Shown: in pieces, positions 17,718 to 24,841 of the stretch
Layout of the letters: the number at the start of each line of letters is the position of its first letter
Position numbering within the stretch: position 1 is the stretch's first letter
Assembly (NCBI GenBank): GCA_048882385.1
Contig: JBHLRQ010000042.1
Span: 1 to 24,841, forward strand
Direction: 5' to 3'
Source: Candidatus Thorarchaeota archaeon
Lineage (GTDB): Archaea > Asgardarchaeota > Thorarchaeia > Thorarchaeales > Thorarchaeaceae
DNA: 24,841 nt
The notes under the pieces: model-generated
The model's input: the letters and a program-made list of their open reading frames with translations, nothing else
Told to the model about the DNA's origin: nothing
The model's database searches: none
Made by a program: the position numbers and the translations under genes

Positions 17718-18929
17718 TTACTTCCTCCCTTTCATGGAACCCTGTGGGTGCCAGCACTCCACAAAGTGTCCAGGTCTCATCTCCTCACGTGGAGGTCGTT
17801 CATCCTTGCACTCTTGAGTTGCGAATTCACAACGTGGATGGAATCGGCAACCTGTTGGAGGATTGATCAGGTTAGGCACAGTACCTTCAATCTGCAAGAG
17901 CCGATCAATCTTTTCGGTCAACTTTGGAATCGCTCGCAAAAGACCAGATGTGTATGGGTGAATTGGGTCTTTGAATAGCTCATCAGTGGAGGTGTATTCA
18001 ACGACAACTCCCGCATACATCACAGCAACCATAGTACAAGTTTCTGCAACAACCCCGAGGTCATGAGTGATGATGATGATTGATGCGTCAAGCTCGGATT
18101 TCAGATCATTAAGGAGCTTTAAGACCTGAGCTTGAACAGTAACATCCAGTGCAGTTGTCGCTTCGTCAGCAATGAGTATCCGCGGGTTGCTGGAAAGGGA
18201 CATTGCAATCATCGCTCTCTGACGCATACCGCCTGAGAGTTCATGGGGATATTGGTTAGCAATTTCAGCTGCAGAAGGCATTCGTACTAGATTGAGCATC
18301 GCAATAGCCTTCTTCTTGGCATATTCCTTCTTTTCCTTGTCAGTTGGCTGTGGAGGGTCTTCTAATTGTGACTGATAGAGTGCAATCCTTTCTCGAATCT
18401 CTACAGCCATTTCGCTGTCAGGATCACTGACATATGCGTCTTCCAGATTCTTGATCTTCTCCTCAAGTATTTCCAGAGAGAGGTCTTGATGAAGCGTGAT
18501 GACTTCAGCAATCTGATCTCCAACCCTGAAAACAGGATTAGGATAAGTCGCTGGATCCTGGAATACAATAGCAATTTTGTTTCCTCGGATGTGACGCATC
18601 TCGTCTACGCTTATCTGCAGGAGATCTACGACATTTCTGTTGCCATGTTCATCGATATCCTGAAACAGAACTTGGCCTTCCTCGATTCGACCTGGAGAGT
18701 CTACCAGTCTCATGATTGATTTCGCAGTTACTGATTTTCCACACCCGGTTTCACCTACAAGAGCAAGTGTATCACCTGTCTTCAATTCAACAGTAACACC
18801 ATCCAGAGCTTTGACAACTCCTTCATAGGTGTAGAAGTTTGTCTTGAGACCCCTGACATGTAGAACAACATCGTCAGGAAGTGTGTCCACAGATTCAGCA
18901 CTAGTATTGGTAGCAGATTCATTTGCCAT
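17718..18929 (-). CDS. oppD: Oligopeptide/dipeptide ABC transporter ATP-binding protein OppD/DppD with internal insertion
   Basis: GETGCGKS, YPHELSGGMRQR, IADEATTALD, THDLG, HPYT and GCRFHPRC. Start is MANES at 18929 with GGAGG upstream. Confidence 0.93.
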   Translation of the reverse strand: MANESATNTSAESVDTLPDDVVLHVRGLKTNFYTYEGVVKALDGVTVELKTGDTLALVGETGCGKSVTAKSIMRLVDSPGRIEEGQVLFQDIDEHGNRNVVDLLQISVDEMRHIRGNKIAIVFQDPATYPNPVFRVGDQIAEVITLHQDLSLEILEEKIKNLEDAYVSDPDSEMAVEIRERIALYQSQLEDPPQPTDKEKKEYAKKKAIAMLNLVRMPSAAEIANQYPHELSGGMRQRAMIAMSLSSNPRILIADEATTALDVTVQAQVLKLLNDLKSELDASIIIITHDLGVVAETCTMVAVMYAGVVVEYTSTDELFKDPIHPYTSGLLRAIPKLTEKIDRLLQIEGTVPNLINPPTGCRFHPRCEFATQECKDERPPREEMRPGHFVECWHPQGSMKGRK

Positions 18930-18933
18930 GGTA

Positions 18934-20241
18934 TCAACGCCTCCGTAATTTCGGATCAAGAATATCTCGCACTCCGTCACCCACCAAGTTGAATGACAAA
19001 GCACATAGCAAGATTGCCATCCCTGGATAGAACGTGACCCAGTAGTTGAAGAAGTGGTTTTGACCCTGAGAAATCATCCATCCCCATTCTGCAGTACCAG
19101 CCTCTGCTCCAAATCCGATGAAGCTAAGACCAGCTGCAGTGAGAAGAACACCACCCATGTCCAGAGTTGCTTGAACAATAACTGGTTGGATTGTGTTTGG
19201 CAGGATGTGACTTACCAAGATTCTCATATCGGAAGCGCCAACAGACCGCGCAGCTTCTACATAGAGCTTCTCTCGCTCAATTAACACCTGTCCTCTTACA
19301 AGCCTAGCATATGTTGGCCACCAGACAAGCATAAGAGCAATACTGATGTTGTCGAGGTTTCTCTCCCCAAGTGCAGCTACGATAGCCATAGCCAGAATGA
19401 GACCTGGGAATGCGAAAAAGACATCTGTGATTCGCATGACGACTTCATCGACCGCTCCTCCAAAGTATCCAGCTGCAGCACCAATCAGTGCACCAAAGAC
19501 AAGAGCAACAGCAACAACGGAAACAGCAATCTTGAGGTCAATTTGAGTAGCCCAGATAACCATGCTGAACACATCGCCTCCATTCTGATCTGTACCCCAA
19601 AGATGTGTATCACTTGGTGGTCGGAGTGTTTCATACCAGTTCCTTTCGGTAGGTCCGGTGATTAAGCCCAAGCTTTCAAAAGTTGGAGCGAGTAGTGCTA
19701 AACATATGTAAACTGCAATTATAATGATTCCAGCTACGACTAAAGGACTTCTTCTAATTAGATAGAGGGTGTATTTGGTTTCTTTTGCACGTGGACCCAT
19801 ATCCTCTCTAAATAGCTCCCACCAATGGGTTCTTACTGCAGGAGTCATTAGGAGAATCAATGGAATCAAATTGGCTATTCCAACATATGGTAGGATTCCT
19901 CCACCCAAGAAGAATAACGCAATTAGAATGAAGTTTCCATAGATGACCCACGTGAAGGATCCAACTTCCATTTTCCGAACTGAAAACCCAATTCTAATCA
20001 TAAAGAATCCAAGGAAGAGTATGGGAAGGAAGATTATGAATAGATTTCCAAGAAATCCTACTACCTCGATGTCTTCAAGTGTAAGAGCAACATAGGTATT
20101 CCCAAGATGTATGGTAGCAGCTACCATGCTGACAATACCAACGATCATTTGGATGATGGCTAGTGTATTCACTGCTGATGGTGTTTCTTCCTGAATTCGT
20201 CGTCCAGAAACAGCATCTGACCAAGTATCAGTTTGTGACAA
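18934..20241 (-). CDS. oppC: Oligopeptide ABC transporter permease OppC/DppC with extra N-terminal membrane domain
   Basis: HLWGTDQNGGD, EAA loop YVEAARSVGAS..RIL.SHILPN, FYPG and FNLVGDGVRDILDP. Confidence 0.93.
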   Translation of the reverse strand: MSQTDTWSDAVSGRRIQEETPSAVNTLAIIQMIVGIVSMVAATIHLGNTYVALTLEDIEVVGFLGNLFIIFLPILFLGFFMIRIGFSVRKMEVGSFTWVIYGNFILIALFFLGGGILPYVGIANLIPLILLMTPAVRTHWWELFREDMGPRAKETKYTLYLIRRSPLVVAGIIIIAVYICLALLAPTFESLGLITGPTERNWYETLRPPSDTHLWGTDQNGGDVFSMVIWATQIDLKIAVSVVAVALVFGALIGAAAGYFGGAVDEVVMRITDVFFAFPGLILAMAIVAALGERNLDNISIALMLVWWPTYARLVRGQVLIEREKLYVEAARSVGASDMRILVSHILPNTIQPVIVQATLDMGGVLLTAAGLSFIGFGAEAGTAEWGWMISQGQNHFFNYWVTFYPGMAILLCALSFNLVGDGVRDILDPKLRRR

Positions 20242-20255
20242 CCTTCTTCATCCTC

Positions 20256-21281
20256 CTATCCATACCTGATCCGAGGATCAAGTGCTCCGTATATCAGGTC
20301 AACTATGAGGTTAGCTCCGACAAAGATGAATGCAACCAAGAGTGTGAATGCATTAATACTCGGGATATCTGATGTGAGTATCGCACGCGTTGACCATCTA
20401 CCAAGTCCAGGCCAGCTGAAGATAGTTTCTGTCAGCACGGCTCCAGTCATCAGTCCACCAAAGGCTAGACCAATTACTGTCACTGTAGGTATCATGGCAT
20501 TTCGTAATGCATGCCTGTAAATCACAACTCTCTCGCGTAGTCCCTTGGAACGTGCCAAAGTGATATAGTCCTCTTTCAAAACCTCCAACATGCTTGAGCG
20601 CATCATTCTCGTGATAATTGCAAGGGTTAGATATCCTAGTGCAAATGCCGGTAATATCAAGTGAATTAACGCATCAAACAGCAATACGAAATTCCCTGTT
20701 ATCAACGAGTCGAACAATACGAAATTTGTAATTGGGTCATAGTTAATGTACTCATACGAATACCGCCCACCCTCAGGGAGGAATGGGAGACCCCATGTGA
20801 AGAACTGGTAGAAGAATACATACTTCAGAATCAAAGCGAACCAAAAGATGGGCATTGATACTCCTGCAAGAGCAAATACTCTCGTTACATGATCCGCTAT
20901 CTTGTCTTTTCGTGTTGCAGAGATTATTCCAAGTGGAATGCCAATGACGACTGCAATAACCATGGCAACCATGGATAGCTCGATTGTAGCTGGGAACTTC
21001 CATGAGATTGCCTCAGTTACATCCATTCTGGCAGTTCGGGAATAACCCCAATTACCTTGAATCAGATCCCACAAATAATAGAAGAATTGAATGTAAATGG
21101 GTCTGTCGAGACCATGTTCAGCTCTGATCCCTGGTATAGCCTCTGGGCGTGTTCTTTCTGTCGTGTATAGTGTAATCGGATCGCCGACGACATACGATAG
21201 AACGAACGTTATAGCTAGAACGCCTATGACTACAGGAATAGCTAGCAATAGTCTCCGTATGATATAGTCTCTCAATTTCAT
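20256..21281 (-). CDS. oppB: Oligopeptide ABC transporter permease OppB/DppB
   Basis: YIIRRLL, GLDRP, FPATIEL, EDYITLARSKGL, HALRNA, ETIFSWPGLG and LDPRIRY. Confidence 0.95.
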   Translation of the reverse strand: MKLRDYIIRRLLLAIPVVIGVLAITFVLSYVVGDPITLYTTERTRPEAIPGIRAEHGLDRPIYIQFFYYLWDLIQGNWGYSRTARMDVTEAISWKFPATIELSMVAMVIAVVIGIPLGIISATRKDKIADHVTRVFALAGVSMPIFWFALILKYVFFYQFFTWGLPFLPEGGRYSYEYINYDPITNFVLFDSLITGNFVLLFDALIHLILPAFALGYLTLAIITRMMRSSMLEVLKEDYITLARSKGLRERVVIYRHALRNAMIPTVTVIGLAFGGLMTGAVLTETIFSWPGLGRWSTRAILTSDIPSINAFTLLVAFIFVGANLIVDLIYGALDPRIRYG

Positions 21282-21296
21282 GGTGTAATTACACCA
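21281..21296. promoter_or_regulatory. Perfect 16-bp palindrome overlapping the oppB Shine-Dalgarno motif and start
   Basis: TGGTGTAATTACACCA equals its own reverse complement. Confidence 0.55.
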
Positions 21297-21359
21297 CCCG
21301 CGGTACTGAGCCTAGCATCTAGTGATGCTGGGTTAAGCTGGCGATTGAATTGAGCAGTC

Positions 21360-21375
21360 ATTTAAGCGTTTGGTT
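21360..21375 (-). promoter_or_regulatory. Candidate archaeal BRE/TATA promoter for the opp operon
   Basis: Minus strand reads AACCAAACGCTTAAAT, about 80 bp upstream of oppB. Confidence 0.4.
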
Positions 21376-21488
21376 CGTTGACTACTCACAATCCATGAAA
21401 TAATTAAACACTCTTGAATAACTTCATTACTATTTCCGCAATTAGTGACAAATATACCATTAATAATAATAAAAATCATCAGACGAAT

Positions 21489-21534
21489 TAAAAACAAGAG
21501 AGATGACCCGATGACTAGAAGTCATGGGCCTCTT
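21489..21534 (-). terminator. Hairpin plus T-tract downstream of rubrerythrin
   Basis: Minus strand reads CCC-ATGACT-TCT-AGTCAT-C-GGG followed by CTCTTGTTTTT. Confidence 0.5.
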
Positions 21535-21542
21535 AATTTCAG

Positions 21543-22130
21543 CTAGTATTCTGAAAAGTGCAACATGAAGTAACCTTTGTCATGCTGACATGCAGGACAC
21601 TTATCTGGCGGACTTTCACCTTCATGAATATATCCACAGTTATCGCAACGCCACTTGACCTTCTGTTTCTTCCTTAAGATGCTTCCATCCTTGATTTGAT
21701 CAGCAAGGGTAATGTAACGCTCATGATGCCAAGATTCAGCCTTCGCAATCATGCGCCACATATGAGCGATGGTCTTGAAGCCCTCTTCCTCAGCTATATC
21801 TGCGTAGCCAGGGTACATTTCGGTGAATTCAAACTTCTCACCAGCAGCTGCATGCCTGAGTAATGACTCTGTATTCTCATAACCACCGCTGGTTGGGAAA
21901 TCCCACTCGACTTTGATAGCTTCTGTGGCTCCACCTTCCTTCAGAGTAGTAAAGAACCTTTTCGCGTGTTCTAGCTCGTGACCTGCAGTTTCCTCAAAGA
22001 TTGCAGCGATATGAGGATAACCTTCCTTTTTGGCAGTCTTTGCAGCAATTGTATATCTATTGCGAGCTTGAGACTCTCCAGCAAAAGAAGTCAGTAGGTT
22101 CTTCTCGGTTTTGGTTCCCTTAAGACTCAT
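21543..22130 (-). CDS. rbr: Rubrerythrin
   Basis: SLKGTKTEKNL..FAGESQARNRY, ExxH di-iron motifs (ELEH, ESWH) and a C-terminal rubredoxin CDNC...CPAC. Start is MSLKG. Confidence 0.95.
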   Translation of the reverse strand: MSLKGTKTEKNLLTSFAGESQARNRYTIAAKTAKKEGYPHIAAIFEETAGHELEHAKRFFTTLKEGGATEAIKVEWDFPTSGGYENTESLLRHAAAGEKFEFTEMYPGYADIAEEEGFKTIAHMWRMIAKAESWHHERYITLADQIKDGSILRKKQKVKWRCDNCGYIHEGESPPDKCPACQHDKGYFMLHFSEY

Positions 22131-22251
22131 TTCTCTCAACTCTCTTAGTGGAGTAAATGCTCCACTTTGTTTCTACGCTTTCGCAAGAATACGAAGCTTT
22201 ACTGAAACTAGTTAATAAGACTGTTCTTAGATAGGTCTAACTTTCTGAAAA

Positions 22252-23436
22252 TCACTTGAGGTGTTCAGCTATGGCTTTTGCAAGACTAATACACTGACCC
22301 CTTTGGTCCTCTGTCGGTCTTCCTTTTACATGAACAATCGGGTCAAGAATTTCATATCTTGCATCGGTGAGTTGCTGGACAATCTTCTCAACACCACCAC
22401 CCTGCCATCCAAAAGTGCCCAGAATACCGATTGGTCTCTTTGGGTACCGCTTTCCTATAATCTCGTTTACAAAGTGCCAAATATTGGGAAATGGATATGC
22501 ATCATAAGTAGGCGTTCCCAGAACGATGACTCCAGCTCTCACTGTTTCAGTTATTATCTTACTAAGACCAGTGTAGGAGATATTGAATGTCTTTACCTTT
22601 ACTCCAAGCTCTTCTAATTCCTTTTTCAGATTCATAGCAACTCGAAATGTAAAACCATACATTGTTCCGTAAACAATAGCACAGACTTTCTCTAGATCAG
22701 ATCCACTCCACTCATCATATTTCTCAATGATCCACAATGGGTCCTTTCGATATATCGGTCCATGGCTTGGAGCAATCATCTTAATGCTGATTCCCAAGTC
22801 CTTTATTTTCTTGATTCCAGCCTGAACAAATCTGAAGTAGGCTGTTATGATAGTGCCAACATACCTCTTGGCTTCCCATTCGATAATATCCATGTTAATT
22901 TCATCATCGAAATGTAAACCATTCAGAGCGCCAAATGCACCAAATGCATCACAACTGAAGAGAATCTCATCCTCTTTGATATAGGTCATCATAGTTTCTG
23001 GCCAGTGAAGGAATTTTGCATGTATGAATTGCAGAGTCTTGTTTCCTAATGAGAGCTCGTCAAGATCTTCGACGATCATTTCATCTAATCCAACATCAAA
23101 GAATGACTTTTGCAATGCGGATGCTTTTTGTGTATAGACCATTTTCGCATTGGGTGCGACCTTTGCAATATCCTCAAGGGAACCTGTGTGGTCTGGTTCC
23201 ATATGGTTCACAATGATATAATCAATCTTAGCAGGATCGACTATCTCTCTGATGTTGTCCAGCCACTCATCAGCCCAGGGAGCTTTGACACCTTCAACAA
23301 CTGCAACTTTCTCATCAACAATTAGGTAGCTGTTATACGATACACCAAACGGAAGGTCCCAGAGATTTTCGAATAATTCAGTATGATGATCATCGACACC
23401 TACAAAATAAACTCCTTTCGTCAATTCTCTATGCAT
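22252..23436 (-). CDS. fprA: Flavodiiron protein (FprA/NorV family, metallo-beta-lactamase plus flavodoxin domains)
   Basis: SYNSYLI, NHMEPDH, LHWPE, SCDAFG, PSHG, then flavodoxin YGTMYGFT, GTPT and GTFGWQG. Confidence 0.95.
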   Translation of the reverse strand: MHRELTKGVYFVGVDDHHTELFENLWDLPFGVSYNSYLIVDEKVAVVEGVKAPWADEWLDNIREIVDPAKIDYIIVNHMEPDHTGSLEDIAKVAPNAKMVYTQKASALQKSFFDVGLDEMIVEDLDELSLGNKTLQFIHAKFLHWPETMMTYIKEDEILFSCDAFGAFGALNGLHFDDEINMDIIEWEAKRYVGTIITAYFRFVQAGIKKIKDLGISIKMIAPSHGPIYRKDPLWIIEKYDEWSGSDLEKVCAIVYGTMYGFTFRVAMNLKKELEELGVKVKTFNISYTGLSKIITETVRAGVIVLGTPTYDAYPFPNIWHFVNEIIGKRYPKRPIGILGTFGWQGGGVEKIVQQLTDARYEILDPIVHVKGRPTEDQRGQCISLAKAIAEHLK

Positions 23437-23631
23437 TTACTTCACCGTCATCCTTTGAGACTAATTTTTGCCCGGGGACCCAAGGATAAAAGACCTTCCC
23501 TCAGACAACATGTCAAATGTATATTAACCATAGTTAAATCTGTTTCGCCATAACTGTCTTGATGCAATGATTAATGGAAATAGATTTGAGCAACAGATTC
23601 CTACGGATTTCTATTCCAGGAGATTCCCCGT

Positions 23632-24192
23632 GTGAACAAGCGATTTGGGTTCATTATCTTGACTATCTCACTTTTCATAGTTAGTGGAGTGGATGCTGGA
23701 GCACAAAACCTGAATCATCATGTGCAAGCTCTTTCAACACACGAAATCATCATGGATGCAAATTCATACACGTCATTCACTGTCTTTTGTCAATCCGGAG
23801 ATACTCTGTCTGGTGAGTTTGTAGTAAAAAAAGATGGCGAACTATTTCCAGGCGACCAAACTGAGTACGACCTCTCGTTACTCACAGGGATTGATTTTCT
23901 CATTCTTGACGAAGCCAATTATGATAAATGGAAACAGGATGATTCAGCAAGCCCGATTTTCGAGATGAAAACACTCGTTCAACTAACATGGAGCGTCGAG
24001 ATACCGCATGAGGGAATCTGGTATGTTCTATATGTGAATGATTCAATCTACATGAAACTGGTTGAAGGTAGTATCATCCATTCTGGCTCAAGTGACGTAT
24101 GGCTTCTGGTCTTTGGGATTGTTGGACTAGTTCCATTTGTTGGAATAGTCTATATATACTGGAGAAAAAGGGAGAGAGCTGTGGCAACATAG
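23632..24192 (+). CDS. Type I membrane/surface protein with signal peptide, beta-rich domain (possibly GOLD-like) and C-terminal TM
   Basis: MNKR plus hydrophobic stretch and AGA cleavage-like site. Domain contains GDTLSGEF, IDFLILD..NY..W and IPHEGIWYVLYVN, then a TM helix and a WRKR tail. Confidence 0.75.
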   Translation: MNKRFGFIILTISLFIVSGVDAGAQNLNHHVQALSTHEIIMDANSYTSFTVFCQSGDTLSGEFVVKKDGELFPGDQTEYDLSLLTGIDFLILDEANYDKWKQDDSASPIFEMKTLVQLTWSVEIPHEGIWYVLYVNDSIYMKLVEGSIIHSGSSDVWLLVFGIVGLVPFVGIVYIYWRKRERAVAT

Positions 24193-24209
24193 CCACAGCA
24201 AGTGAGTAC

Positions 24210-24665
24210 CTATTCTTCCGAGGTCACTTCTTCTTCAACTGGTTCAGGTGAAGGTTGTAGAGCCTGCATAACATCGGAAGGAAGGAACTCGTCTATGAAC
24301 TCATAGAGAGCCCGACCCAACATTCCTCCAAAACCACCAAGCAATGCACCAATTAGAACACTGATCACAATGACCACTACTCCAAGACCTTCAAGTCCCA
24401 AAAGACCAATGAAGATGTTAGCCACAGCCATTGCCTGAGCATTGAATACCAAGTACACAAAAATGATTGCCCATGCTAGTCCAACACCCAGGAATCCAAC
24501 GAGGAACGCTTTTCTAATTCTTCTGACAAACAGGGCTCCCAGAGCACCTGCAATCAACATCAGCTTCCAATCTCCTGCCAGCTGAAAGGCAATACCGAAG
24601 ACGATTGTTATCACCAATGCAGCTAGAAATCCAACGTCAGGAATTGTATCATCGATTTTTCCCAT
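24210..24665 (-). CDS. Hypothetical Gly-rich 4-TM membrane protein
   Basis: Four hydrophobic segments, GALLGGFGG and an acidic tail. Confidence 0.75.
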   Translation of the reverse strand: MGKIDDTIPDVGFLAALVITIVFGIAFQLAGDWKLMLIAGALGALFVRRIRKAFLVGFLGVGLAWAIIFVYLVFNAQAMAVANIFIGLLGLEGLGVVVIVISVLIGALLGGFGGMLGRALYEFIDEFLPSDVMQALQPSPEPVEEEVTSEE

Positions 24666-24676
24666 TTCATAACCCC

Positions 24677-24841
24677 CTACGGAACAAAAGTGATAGTCCT
24701 CTCTATTAGACGGAAATATGCGTCATCGTCTGCAGCTCTAAACGAATCAGCTGTCGAATAGAAATACAGAATGTGGTATCCATGATACTCTTCAGTCTCG
24801 TCAAAGTAGTACCAGATTTCAAAGATGTCAGCAAAGTGAGG
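24677..24841 (-). CDS. C-terminal fragment of an unknown protein (truncated at window end)
   Basis: Minus frame is open from the window edge (PHFADIFEIWYYFDETEEYHGYHILYFYSTADSFRAADDDAYFRLIERTITFVP*) and stops 11 bp before the next gene. Confidence 0.6.
   Translation of the reverse strand, partial: PHFADIFEIWYYFDETEEYHGYHILYFYSTADSFRAADDDAYFRLIERTITFVP

Noticed and set aside
16647-20520. Antisense ORFs over the opp genes and the longer starts at 17757 and 19004
   Set aside because: The antisense ORFs are shadows. The extended starts overlap upstream genes, while internal ATGs have SD-like motifs.
21489-21540. Possible SECIS in the rubrerythrin 3' UTR (contains ATGA)
   Set aside because: Neither rbr nor fprA has an in-frame UGA. 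The short stem plus T-tract fits a terminator better.
1-24841. tRNA, rRNA, CRISPR array, IS element or integrase
   Set aside because: No cloverleaf, repeat-spacer array, transposase or integrase ORF was seen. All intergenic gaps are under about 340 bp. This was a by-eye inspection only.

Overview
Gene-dense chromosomal window, about 42% GC by eye, with archaeal-style TATA-like boxes and GGTG/GGAG Shine-Dalgarno motifs. A 7TM protein fused to a longin-like domain suggests an Asgard archaeon, possibly Thorarchaeia; this is inference. Contents in order: 3' end of a citrate synthase-family gene, an amidohydrolase, a DapA-family lyase and a C45-like Ntn hydrolase. Next are two acyltransferase-3 genes, each beside an orphan DppD-like ABC ATPase (one with degenerate motifs), bracketing the 7TM-longin gene, a DinB gene and two tandem DUF362/ferredoxin paralogs. 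Then come an atypical carbamoyltransferase, several unknown membrane proteins, an opp/dpp BCDF operon with no adjacent binding-protein gene, rubrerythrin, a flavodiiron protein and a GOLD/p24-like type I membrane protein. I saw no rRNA, tRNA, CRISPR array or mobile element. The best leads are the paired AT3 plus orphan ATPase module, the 7TM-longin protein, the divergent transcarbamylase and a perfect palindrome over the oppB start.
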